A DNA stretch of 62,361 nucleotides, the filler included, from Candidatus Tectimicrobiota bacterium (lineage in GTDB: Bacteria > JACPSX01), in the NCBI GenBank assembly GCA_016193065.1. It is 7 parts of 7 records of this genome, joined end to end, with 100 filler letters (N's around TTAATTAATTAA, not from the genome) between each part and the next. Parts side by side here need not be neighbours in the genome. Positions count along the whole stretch, not along the records: positions 39,254 to 44,251 come from JACPSX010000185.1; positions 44,352 to 56,314 come from JACPSX010000186.1; 5 more parts are not named here. One strand, 5' to 3'. Each line of letters starts with the position of its first letter. The first letter of the stretch is position 1. The notes under the pieces were generated by a model. The model worked only from the letters and a program-made list of their open reading frames with translations, did no database searches and was not told the origin of the DNA. Shown piece by piece: positions 40,694 through 49,648 of this stretch. The position numbers were made by a program, and so were the translations under genes.

Positions 40694-42430
40694 TCAAACG
40701 TCCAGGGAGGTGCGGCGCCCGTTCTCCACCGGCAAGGTGAAGCTGAAGGTGCTCCCCACCCCTTTCTGGCTGTTCACCCAGATCTTGCCGCCGTGGGCCT
40801 CCACGAACTCCTTGCAGATGGCCAGGCCCAGGCCGGCGCCAAATTCTGACCGGGCCTCCTCCCCGCGCTCGAACTTCTCAAAGACTCTCTGCTGATCCTC
40901 GGGGGAAATCCCGCGGCCCGAGTCGATGATCGACACCATGACGTTCTCCCGGCGCTCCGGGCCGCTCCCGTTGCGCACGAGTTCCACCTGGATCACGACG
41001 ACTCCCTTCTCGTAGGAGAACTTGATGGCGTTGTCGAGAAGGTTGAAGATGACTCGCTGGATCTGCTCCCGGTCCACCGAGACGGGCAAAAGATTCCCCA
41101 GGAACCGGGGCTTGACCGTGATCCCCTTCTGGGTACCTTTCACCTCCAGGCGCTTGGCGCAGCCCACGACCAGATCGGCCAGGTTCACCGCTTCGAGCTT
41201 CCGGGCCAACTTTCCTTCTTCCATGCGGCTGATGTCGAGCATTTCCCGGATCATGTGAAGCATGGCCTGACCGTTTTCCAAACAGTTCTCCAGTGTCTTG
41301 CGCTGGTCACTCGTGAGACTGTTCGGATCGGACTGTAAGAGCTCCAGAGCCATTATGATCTGTCCCAACGGACCCTTCAGGTCATGGACGATCATGTTGG
41401 TCAGGTCCCGGCGCTTCTCCTCCGAACGTCGCAGCTTCTCGTTGGCCAGGGCCAGCTCGGACCGCTCGCGGCTCAAGGCCTCCTGGGCCTGGGCGTGGGC
41501 AATGGCCAGTGATACCTCCTGGGCAATGGCCATCATGGTTTCCTTATCGGACTCGCTGAATTTCTGGCGATTCGCCTTGTTGTTCACGTTGAAAACGCCG
41601 ATGACTTTCCCCTCCACCTTTAGAGGGACAGAGAGCAGAGAGGACGTGGTATACCGCTTGCTGCCCTCCTGGGGCCGGAAGCGGGGGTCATGCTCAATGT
41701 CGTTGATCAGGAGCGGCTCTCCGCACAGGGCGACCCACCCCGATACCTTCCCGGGGCCCACCTTGACCCGGGAGGATTTCACCACCTCCGGGGGAAGCCC
41801 CTGGGCCGCCTTGATGATGAGGTCACCCTGCTCGTCAATGAGCATGATAGACCCCGTTTGAGCCTGCATGAGGTCCGTGGAGAGGTAGCAGAACTTCTCC
41901 AGCTTCTCCTGCAACGGCAGAGGGGAGCTGGTCATTTTCGCAATTTGATGAAACACCTCCAGGCGGGCCTGGGTGACCTGGAGCTGGCTGGTGCGATCCT
42001 GGACCAGCCTCTCCATCTGCTGCTTGAGCCGCAACGTTTCGAATGCGCGGGCCACGGCGATTTGGATCAATTTGGGGGTGAAGGGTTTCAGTATATAATC
42101 AAAAGCTCCGGACTCCCTGGCCTGGACCGTCGTGTCAATGGTGGATTTTCCGGTAAGGATAATCACCGGGGTGGGAAGCTGCTTCTCGTTGACGAAATTG
42201 AGGACATCGAAGCCGCTGCGATCCGGCATGACCAGATCGGTCAGTACGAGATCGAAGGACTGGACACTAAGCTGGGAAATGCCGGCTTCCCCGTTGCTGG
42301 CCTTGGCCACTTCATAGCCTTCCTGCTCCAGGAAGGCAGCCAGAACCTCAAGAAGGCCCTCGTCGTTTTCGATGACGAGGATTCTGCCGCGTTCGGATTG
42401 AAAACTCCCCTCCGTTGCCGGAAGTTCCAT
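40694..42430 (-). CDS. Hybrid sensor kinase (REC-GAF-HisKA-HATPase)
   Basis: TDLVMPD, GAF with NVNNK, HDLKGP, NLLDNAIKF, GLGL. Confidence 0.92.
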   Translation of the reverse strand: MELPATEGSFQSERGRILVIENDEGLLEVLAAFLEQEGYEVAKASNGEAGISQLSVQSFDLVLTDLVMPDRSGFDVLNFVNEKQLPTPVIILTGKSTIDTTVQARESGAFDYILKPFTPKLIQIAVARAFETLRLKQQMERLVQDRTSQLQVTQARLEVFHQIAKMTSSPLPLQEKLEKFCYLSTDLMQAQTGSIMLIDEQGDLIIKAAQGLPPEVVKSSRVKVGPGKVSGWVALCGEPLLINDIEHDPRFRPQEGSKRYTTSSLLSVPLKVEGKVIGVFNVNNKANRQKFSESDKETMMAIAQEVSLAIAHAQAQEALSRERSELALANEKLRRSEEKRRDLTNMIVHDLKGPLGQIIMALELLQSDPNSLTSDQRKTLENCLENGQAMLHMIREMLDISRMEEGKLARKLEAVNLADLVVGCAKRLEVKGTQKGITVKPRFLGNLLPVSVDREQIQRVIFNLLDNAIKFSYEKGVVVIQVELVRNGSGPERRENVMVSIIDSGRGISPEDQQRVFEKFERGEEARSEFGAGLGLAICKEFVEAHGGKIWVNSQKGVGSTFSFTLPVENGRRTSLDV

Positions 42431-42450
42431 GGCTCAAGGACCTTCCTGGA

Positions 42451-43263
42451 TTACACCACGTACAGATGTACCTTTTCCCCCCTCTTGACCCCCAGTTTCT
42501 GTGCAGCGTTTGAACCCTTCCAGAAAATCTCTACCAGTCCGCTGCTGTTGAAGAGGGCAAAAGGTTCTTCTTCCGAACCCTCGCCATAGTATCGAACAAT
42601 CCTGCCAATCCCTTGAGCCAAAATGGAGATTCTGATAGGACGGTTCCCCCACCCGGACCGCAAGCGCTCGTACAGCTCCTGGCTGATGTTTGAAATTAAG
42701 TTCCCAAAGCGATCAACGTGGATGATTTCTCCCTGGACCTCGGAAGTCCCCACCACCCTGGGCTCTGGAAATTTCAGGGTCATCGGATCGTGAATCCTCT
42801 GGCCCATTTCTTCGATTGGAGTTCCTGCCGACAGCCAGGCGGCTGCCGGGGCAAAGACGTCTCTGCCGTGAAACGTGGCCCCCGCCGGCCGCAGGAAATA
42901 TTTCTCGGCCGTAAGCCCGTAGGCCCCCTGAAAGGTGGGATCACTGAAAACAAACGAAAACAATCCGTTATCAGGCCCCACGAAGAGGTAATCCCGGGTC
43001 ACTGCAATCAGGGGCCGGCGCAAGCTGCCGACCCCCGGATCCACGACGGCCAGATGAACTGTCCCCGACGGGAAATAGGCATAGGCGGACTGCAGGCAAA
43101 AAGAGCCTTCCAGGATGTCCTGGGGAGGGATCTGATGGGATATGTCTACGAAGCGCAAGGCCGGGTTGATGCGCAGCATGACTCCTTTCATGGTGCCGAC
43201 GAAAGGGTCCGCAAGACCAAAATCTGAAGTGAGAGTCATGATGCCTGATGCTTTGAAGTCCAC
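42451..43263 (-). CDS. SAM hydroxide adenosyltransferase / chlorinase-fluorinase family (DUF62)
   Basis: SDFG, VVDPGVG, GPDNG, TFHGRDVFAP, DRFGN. Confidence 0.92.
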   Translation of the reverse strand: MDFKASGIMTLTSDFGLADPFVGTMKGVMLRINPALRFVDISHQIPPQDILEGSFCLQSAYAYFPSGTVHLAVVDPGVGSLRRPLIAVTRDYLFVGPDNGLFSFVFSDPTFQGAYGLTAEKYFLRPAGATFHGRDVFAPAAAWLSAGTPIEEMGQRIHDPMTLKFPEPRVVGTSEVQGEIIHVDRFGNLISNISQELYERLRSGWGNRPIRISILAQGIGRIVRYYGEGSEEEPFALFNSSGLVEIFWKGSNAAQKLGVKRGEKVHLYVV

Positions 43264-43344
43264 CGTCTTTTTCCTCCTCTAGAAATCGAAAATTCCCTGG
43301 CCCGTTTCCCACACATGGTATCCTGCCGGTACAGGGAGGAGTGA

Positions 43345-43875
43345 ATGAATTTCACACGCAGCCTGATGGAACTTCTTGATCACCACAAGCAAATGGACGA
43401 GATGTTTCTGGGCCACCAGGAAGCGCTCATGGGTCTGGAATGGGACCGTGCCGAGATTCTCTTGGAACAGTTTCGACGAACGATTGAGGTCCACATCCAT
43501 TTTGAGGAAGCGCATCTTCTTCCCCTTTACAAGGACCGGGCCGGTGAGCGGCCCGGCGCCGCCGTGACCCTCTTTGTAGGAGAGCATAAAAAGATCAAAC
43601 AGTTTCTGGCCAGGTTCACCAGGCAAGTCCGTTCCGTCCAGGATGCGGAAAACCCCCGCCGTGCCCTCCTCTCCCTTTTCGATCAGCACACGATGTTCAA
43701 ACACTTGATGGAGCATCATGATCTGCGGGAACGCAACGTGCTGTACCCCTGTTTGGACGAGGTGACCACCCTCCCGGAAAGGGAGTCCCTTTTCCAGGCA
43801 CTATCCCGTCTTACAGATTCCCCCGAGGTCCAGGCGACCCCGCCTATCGCCACAAGCAACCAGGGAAACCGCTGA
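43345..43875 (+). CDS. Hemerythrin HHE-domain protein
   Basis: H..HIHFEE..L, EH, HDLRE..LYP; GGAGG SD. Confidence 0.8.
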   Translation: MNFTRSLMELLDHHKQMDEMFLGHQEALMGLEWDRAEILLEQFRRTIEVHIHFEEAHLLPLYKDRAGERPGAAVTLFVGEHKKIKQFLARFTRQVRSVQDAENPRRALLSLFDQHTMFKHLMEHHDLRERNVLYPCLDEVTTLPERESLFQALSRLTDSPEVQATPPIATSNQGNR

Positions 43876-44079
43876 CCTCCGCACTGCGTTCCTCCTTCAA
43901 TCCAGAATCTGCGGGGCTCCACTTGGAGAGCAAGAAGCCGGGATGAAACAGTCCACTAGGTCCACTGCCCTGCTTCGCGATAAGTTCCATTACTGTAGTT
44001 ATTAATCTTTCTAGGTAGTATTTTGTAATTTTTAGTTGTTTTTTTTCCATCGTTTGCTAAGATCTCCCCGGGAGAGCCC

Positions 44080-44251
44080 ATGACCCAGGAATACTTGACC
44101 ACTCGGGAAGTCAGCAAATACTTAAAAATCAATGAAAAGCTGGTCTACCGCCTGATCCAGGAGGGGGGAATTCCGTGCACGAGGGTAACCGGCAAGTGGC
44201 TTTTCCCCAAGACATTAATCGATGAATGGATGCTGGCCAGCATCCAGGAGC
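44080..44251 (+). CDS. Excisionase-like HTH_17 regulator (3'-partial)
   Basis: LTTREVSKYLKINEK.VY.LI...IP...TGKWLFP..ID.W. Confidence 0.8.
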
Positions 44252-44351
44252 NNNNNNNNNNNNNNNNNNNNNNNNNNNNNNNNNNNNNNNNNNNNTTAAT
44301 TAATTAANNNNNNNNNNNNNNNNNNNNNNNNNNNNNNNNNNNNNNNNNNNN
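44252..44351. other. Artificial scaffold spacer
   Basis: N-TTAATTAATTAA-N. Confidence 0.98.
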
Positions 44352-44476
44352 TGCCGGGCCAAGGAACGAGCATAACGAGGCGCGAGCCCTGAGCCGACTG
44401 AGGCGTACTGAGGGAGTACGCCGCAAGGACGGCGAAGGGCGATGAACGAAGTTAGGCGAAGTTAATTGGGCCGGCA
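44352..44476. mobile_element. MITE-like element, 125 bp
   Basis: TIR TGCCGGGCCAA/TTGGGCCGGCA, internal GGCGTACT..AGTACGCC hairpin, followed by CTAG. Confidence 0.6.
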
Positions 44477-45877
44477 CTAGAACCTCCGGAACATGGGGGG
44501 AGCGCCGGGCGGCCCTCCGCTGTTGGCAGTAGCGGACCGCAGGCCTATGATAACCTGATCCCCCTCTTTAAGGCTCCCCGAAACGATCTCCGTGAAGCGT
44601 CCGTCACTGATCCCCGTCTGCACGGAAACCGGCTGCAAACTTCCGCCCTGCCCCAGCATCCACACTTGCATCCGGTCTCTCTCCACGGTCTGCCGCTTTT
44701 GCCCTCCCGAACCTTTTCTTGCCACTGGAGACTTTTCTCCTCCCCCTACCGGTGTGGGAGGGCGAAACCGCGTGGCCTGAACAGGAAGCCTCAAAACGTT
44801 GTCCTTCCGGGATGTGATAATGGACACCTGGGCCGTCATCCCGGGCATGAGCCTCTTTCCCGGGTTTTCCACAGTCACCACCGCATTGTAGGTTACCACG
44901 TTTTGCACCGTGGTGGGATTGAGACGGACCTGTGAAACCCGGCCTCGGAAGGTCTGCGAGGGGAACGCATCGACGGTGAACTGGACTTCCTGGCCCTCCT
45001 GAATCCTGCCCACATCTGCTTCTGGAACACTAGTGTCGATCTGGAGCCGGCTGAGATCCAGGGCAATGATAAAAAGGGTTGGAGCTTGTAGACTGGCGGC
45101 CACCGTTTGCCCCACGTCCACGTTTCTTGCCACCACGATGCCGTCAATGGGGGAATAGATCGTGGCCTTCTCCAGATTGATCTGGGCCTGACGCAGAGCC
45201 GCAGCGGCCTGGGCAACCTGAGCTTCGTTTGTCTTGATCTGAGCCTGCGCCGACTGGACTCTGGCTCTGGCTGCCTCCAGATCCGCCTCCGCTTGCTGGA
45301 CCTGAGCTTCCACAACTCTCTTCTGAGCCACGGCCAGCTCGTAGGCCGTATTTGCCACCTCCACATCTCTCTGCGCAATGAGGTTGCGCTGCCAGAGAGC
45401 GGTCTGCCTGTCCCGATTATCCTTGGCGTCTTTCTCACTTACCCTGGCCTTTTCCGCGTTGGCCCGCACACTGGTCAGGTTGGCCTGGGCGCTCAGAAGA
45501 GCGGCCCGGAAGTTTTCCAGAGAAGCCTTGGCGTTCTCCACCTGGGCTCGAGCCGTTTGAAGATTGGCTGCAGCTTGAGCCACCTGGGATTCAAAGGTGT
45601 CCGTATCGAGTTGTGCCAGGATCTGCCCGCGCCGCACTGCAGAGTTGAAGTCGGCGTAGAGCTTTTTAATCGTGCCAGACACCTGGCTTCCCACCAATAC
45701 CGTCGTGATGGGGTTGACGGTACCGGTGGCCGTAACCCTCTCGACGATATTGCCCCGCTCCAGCCGGGCCAAATTGTACTGTGGATCGCTGGCACCCCTT
45801 CCCCGCCACCACAGGATCCCTGCCGCTACGGCCGCGATCCCAGCCGCCGCTCCGAGCCCTCGCCACCGCTTGTTCAT
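44477..45877 (-). CDS. Efflux periplasmic adaptor (MacA/HlyD-like)
   Basis: VGSQVSG, long coiled coil, SPIDG, GQTVAASLQAPTLF. Confidence 0.92.
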   Translation of the reverse strand: MNKRWRGLGAAAGIAAVAAGILWWRGRGASDPQYNLARLERGNIVERVTATGTVNPITTVLVGSQVSGTIKKLYADFNSAVRRGQILAQLDTDTFESQVAQAAANLQTARAQVENAKASLENFRAALLSAQANLTSVRANAEKARVSEKDAKDNRDRQTALWQRNLIAQRDVEVANTAYELAVAQKRVVEAQVQQAEADLEAARARVQSAQAQIKTNEAQVAQAAAALRQAQINLEKATIYSPIDGIVVARNVDVGQTVAASLQAPTLFIIALDLSRLQIDTSVPEADVGRIQEGQEVQFTVDAFPSQTFRGRVSQVRLNPTTVQNVVTYNAVVTVENPGKRLMPGMTAQVSIITSRKDNVLRLPVQATRFRPPTPVGGGEKSPVARKGSGGQKRQTVERDRMQVWMLGQGGSLQPVSVQTGISDGRFTEIVSGSLKEGDQVIIGLRSATANSGGPPGAPPMFRRF

Positions 45878-45878
45878 C

Positions 45879-46634
45879 TCACCTCCCTACCCCTCCCTCT
45901 TTACTTTGGCCGCGCGGACCGGGAAAAAGTTCCCTGGCGGGGACTTCGTCGCCACCGACCAGTTTGAGATCCTCCGAGGGGATGGTAATGCGCGCCCGGT
46001 CCCGCAGCTCCCGCGTCCATTCCTGAAGGCGCGCGTTGAACTTGCGGGCGGCGAGAAGTTGTTCAATCCGGCCCTTGAGCTCTTCGAGCGGGGTTTCTCC
46101 TAACTCCCCGCGCTGCTCCTTATAGTATTCCTCGATCTCTCCTGCCGTGACCCGGATGAACAGGCGCAGGCGCAGGTCCATGTACTTCAGGGCCAGAAGC
46201 TGGCGGCGCACCAGTTCGCGGATCACTTCCTCACTCACTCCAAGGGCCTTTCGTCTCTGCTCCCGGCTTTCCGCACCTCCCAACAGGGCCATCCGCCGGC
46301 GGATCTCGGAGTCCACTTCGTCCGCCGTAATCTCAACGATCTGCCGTCTTCTGGCCTCTTGGAGGATGAGAACCTGATCGATCAATTGGGCCAGAGATTC
46401 ACCGGGCTCCGTGTTCCGCATCGAGCCGGGGCCCGGAACCAAGCTCTGCAGGGCCATGAAATCCGTCAGATCCTTCGAGGTCAGGACCGTGTCATTCACC
46501 ACAGCGAGAACTCGCATAACCAAGCCGGCTCCTGCGGAACTCGCCGGGGTGAAAAGCCCCCAGAGGAGTCCCACGACCGCCAGAGCGCTCTCCAGCCACC
46601 TGTGCCGCAGCCACCCGGTTCCTGATTTCACCAC
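45879..46634 (-). CDS. SurA N-terminal-domain chaperone-like protein
   Basis: LAVVND, LIDQVLILQEA, W..ELR.RARI; no PPIase domain is evident. Confidence 0.7.
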   Translation of the reverse strand: MVKSGTGWLRHRWLESALAVVGLLWGLFTPASSAGAGLVMRVLAVVNDTVLTSKDLTDFMALQSLVPGPGSMRNTEPGESLAQLIDQVLILQEARRRQIVEITADEVDSEIRRRMALLGGAESREQRRKALGVSEEVIRELVRRQLLALKYMDLRLRLFIRVTAGEIEEYYKEQRGELGETPLEELKGRIEQLLAARKFNARLQEWTRELRDRARITIPSEDLKLVGGDEVPARELFPGPRGQSKEGGVGR

Positions 46635-46647
46635 GGAGCTCTTCTCC

Positions 46648-49407
46648 TCAAAACGGATACCCCAGGGTGAAGTAAAACTCCCCGGCAGTCTCCCCCGGCG
46701 CCCGGTTCAACTTGTGACCATAATCCAGGCGGAAGGGTCCGATGGGAGTCCCGTAGCGCAGTCCCAAACCTGTCGTGGTCCGCAGATGCCCCACGGAAAC
46801 CTCCCGTGTTTCGGTCCAGACATTCCCGGAGTCGACAAAGACAACACCATTGAGACCCAGGAAAAGGGGGAAGCGGATCTCCGCGTTCCCGATCAAAAGA
46901 AAGTTCCCCCCCGTGGGAGTGTTGTCACCGGCCTTGGGTCCCAACTCATCGCGGCGGTAGCCTCTGACCGTCGTGGAGCCCCCGGCGAAGAAGCGCTCGG
47001 TGATGGGGACTCCGGCCGTCGGGCCGAAGCTCCGGGCCCAGCCTACCCGGCCCCCCAGGGCAAGGACCACCTCGGTAGCGAGAGGAAAGTACCAACGGCT
47101 CTCCCCTGTCACCTTATAGAAGTCGACCTCCGAGGCCAATGCCTGGGAGGAGAGTTCGAAGGTCATGCTGTTCAGAGAACCGCGGAAAGGATTGATGGCG
47201 TCGTTGCGGCTGTCCCGGATCAAGGTGGGAGCAATGCTGGCCACAGTAAGCCGGCCCTGGTCCTCTTTTTCCAGAATGGCGCTCGGATCCACGTCGAGGA
47301 AACGGATGCCGCTGTAACGATAGGCCAGGGTCGTCCGGTAGGTTTCCCCCCAGGGCTTCTCCAGCCCGAGCTGAATCCCTTTTGTCCGGGTCGTGTAGCT
47401 TCTCTTCCTCAGGTCCCCCTGTTCCAGCCGAGACGTGCCGCTTACGGGAAGATCGAAAAGCCAGGGTTCCCGGTAACTCAAGCTGTAGTTTTCCTGAATC
47501 GAGCTCTTCTGGGCTCGCAAACTCGCGGTCCGCCCCCACCCTCCCAGGTTCCGGTGAGAAGCTTCCACAAACCCCCGCAGGCGGTCCTCGGATCCGTAGC
47601 CGAAGCCGAACTCGATGACCTTCGGCTGGGCTTCGTTCACCTCCACCACCAGATCCCGGGTTTCTTCTTCGGCGTCCAGGGAGGGGGCGGGGCGCAAATC
47701 GACCCTGGAAAAAATCCCGAGCCGGCTGATTTTGCGGGCCGCCCGAGCTCCAACAGCCCGGCTGTAGGGATCTCCTTCCTTGATGGTCATCTCCCGTGTA
47801 ACGACCCGGGAATGGGTGGCGAGATTGCCCTGCACGATGACTTGCCCTATGCGGACCTGTTTGCCCTCTTCAATGTCCAGTCCCAGGTTGATCTGTCCGG
47901 CCTCAGGGGCGGAACGCTCCACAGATACCTGGGCCTCCCCGAACCCCCGTTCCACGTACTTATCCAGGAGGCGATCGATCCCCCTTTGCAGAATCACCTG
48001 ATTGAAGGGGTCTCCAGGACGAACCCCCAGCAGATCACGCACCTCTTCTTCGGACAGGGCTTGATTCCCCTTCAGGGTGATGCGGGAAATAGTGGAGGGC
48101 TCCCCTTCCACGATGGTGACGCTGATCGTCAAACGGGTTGTATCCGGTGAGTACTCGTACTCGGCGGCCACTTCCGCTTGCAAGTAACCCCGGGAGCGGT
48201 ACAGGAACCGAACGGCTTCCAGGTCGTCCTCGAAGCGTTTCGCCACGTACCACTCCCTGCGGAAGGTTCCCGAGGGTCGGGTGAGCATCTGGGCCAAAAC
48301 ATCGGCCCGGGAAATGCGGGCATTCCCCTGAATCCCGATCTTATCGACCCGCACCCGGGGGCCTTCATCTACAGTGAATTTAAGGAGAGTTTCCCCGGCC
48401 CCTGTGGCGAGAGCCGATTCTACGCGGGCAAAGGGAAACCCGCTGTCCAGATATAAGAATTGAATTTGCCCGGTGTTTTTCTGCAAGGTGAGCGGGCTCA
48501 GATCCCCGTCTTCCTGCAAAGTCAGTTTTGACCTGAGCGCTTTGGCGGATAAAAACCGGTTCCCCTGAAACCGGATCAAAACCCGGGGACCTTCTGTAAG
48601 AGCAAGTCTGATGCGGACGCTTCCGGCTGACACCCGTTCGATCCCGGGCTTGTCGACCGTGGCGAATAGGAAGCCCCGGTCCCGGTAGTCTTTCTCCAGG
48701 CGCTCGATTCCCGCCTGCAGGCGGCGGCGGTCAAAGACCCGGCCAGCCTGCAGCCCCAGAGTCTTCAGGACCCTTTCCCGGTTCAGAGCACGGTTCCCTG
48801 CCAGGAGCAGAGAATCAATCCGGGTCGGCGGGCCTTCGCTCACCTCCAGGGTCACCACGACCCAGTGTCCGTCCGGTTTCCCGACCTGGGGCCTGACTTT
48901 GCAGTCTTCATATCCGAATTCCCGGCACCGTTCCCGCACCAACCCCACCTGCTTGGACAAGAAGGTCTGACTGAGAATCGGGGGTGGAGAGAGGGTCAAG
49001 CCCTCGCTGAGCTGGCTTCGGGAGAGAGCCCGGTTTCCCCGGATCCTCCAAGCCCCCACGAAAATCTGCGGCACGGTTCGGAAAGTGAGGGCAACTCCCC
49101 CTTCCACCTCCTCCGCATCAACCAGGATATCCGCAAACATGCCTTTCTGATAGAGCCGCTTGACGCTGTCGCTGATCTTTTGCAGATCGTAGGGCTCCCC
49201 TTCTTTGATCAAGAGCAGGCCCCGAAATTCTCTTTCTGACAGATTGCTCTGGGTCTGTAAGCGGATCGACCGGACCTGCCCTTCCGGGGGGGCACCCTGA
49301 ACAGAGGAGAGCGGGAGAAAGAAAAGTAAGACAAGCGCCAGGATGCCCGGCAGGCACCCCGCTTTCCGCTGGTGGGTTGCGGTCCAAACCAAGCCGTCAG
49401 TCATCAC
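46648..49407 (-). CDS. bamA: Omp85-family BamA/TamA-like protein with about 7 POTRA repeats
   Basis: Repeated GN POTRA units, FAGG..VRGY, TPIGPFRLDYG, terminal F. Confidence 0.88.
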   Translation of the reverse strand: MMTDGLVWTATHQRKAGCLPGILALVLLFFLPLSSVQGAPPEGQVRSIRLQTQSNLSEREFRGLLLIKEGEPYDLQKISDSVKRLYQKGMFADILVDAEEVEGGVALTFRTVPQIFVGAWRIRGNRALSRSQLSEGLTLSPPPILSQTFLSKQVGLVRERCREFGYEDCKVRPQVGKPDGHWVVVTLEVSEGPPTRIDSLLLAGNRALNRERVLKTLGLQAGRVFDRRRLQAGIERLEKDYRDRGFLFATVDKPGIERVSAGSVRIRLALTEGPRVLIRFQGNRFLSAKALRSKLTLQEDGDLSPLTLQKNTGQIQFLYLDSGFPFARVESALATGAGETLLKFTVDEGPRVRVDKIGIQGNARISRADVLAQMLTRPSGTFRREWYVAKRFEDDLEAVRFLYRSRGYLQAEVAAEYEYSPDTTRLTISVTIVEGEPSTISRITLKGNQALSEEEVRDLLGVRPGDPFNQVILQRGIDRLLDKYVERGFGEAQVSVERSAPEAGQINLGLDIEEGKQVRIGQVIVQGNLATHSRVVTREMTIKEGDPYSRAVGARAARKISRLGIFSRVDLRPAPSLDAEEETRDLVVEVNEAQPKVIEFGFGYGSEDRLRGFVEASHRNLGGWGRTASLRAQKSSIQENYSLSYREPWLFDLPVSGTSRLEQGDLRKRSYTTRTKGIQLGLEKPWGETYRTTLAYRYSGIRFLDVDPSAILEKEDQGRLTVASIAPTLIRDSRNDAINPFRGSLNSMTFELSSQALASEVDFYKVTGESRWYFPLATEVVLALGGRVGWARSFGPTAGVPITERFFAGGSTTVRGYRRDELGPKAGDNTPTGGNFLLIGNAEIRFPLFLGLNGVVFVDSGNVWTETREVSVGHLRTTTGLGLRYGTPIGPFRLDYGHKLNRAPGETAGEFYFTLGYPF

Positions 49408-49548
49408 CTTTCAGCCGTCAGCTTCGGAGGTCCGAACTTCTTCAACTTCTTTCCCTTTCCATGTCCGGGCTGACTGCTGATCGCTGACCACTGATCCTTG
49501 ACCGCGGACTGCTGGCAGGGGATGGCTAAACCGCGCAACGCATGCTCG

Positions 49549-49648
49549 TGCCGTTCCAACTATTTTGGGCTACGTTCCCGGTTCGCGTAGTCCATACTTT
49601 TGCTGCCACGTACATCGCTCAAATTGGGCGCATCAAGTTGGAACGGTA
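49549..49648. mobile_element. MITE-like element, 100 bp
   Basis: 13-bp TIR TGCCGTTCCAACT/AGTTGGAACGGTA, flanked by CTCG and CTAG. Confidence 0.6.

Noticed and set aside
42451-43263. True fluorinase or chlorinase
   Set aside because: The HGRD motif is typical of the common SAM hydrolase branch, and there is no biosynthetic context.
44080-44251. Prophage excisionase
   Set aside because: No integrase or phage genes nearby; the pattern fits HTH_17 transcription regulators.
49410-49515. GCTGA(C/T) heptamer-like run as a CRISPR or iteron array
   Set aside because: Short degenerate tandem repeats with no spacers.
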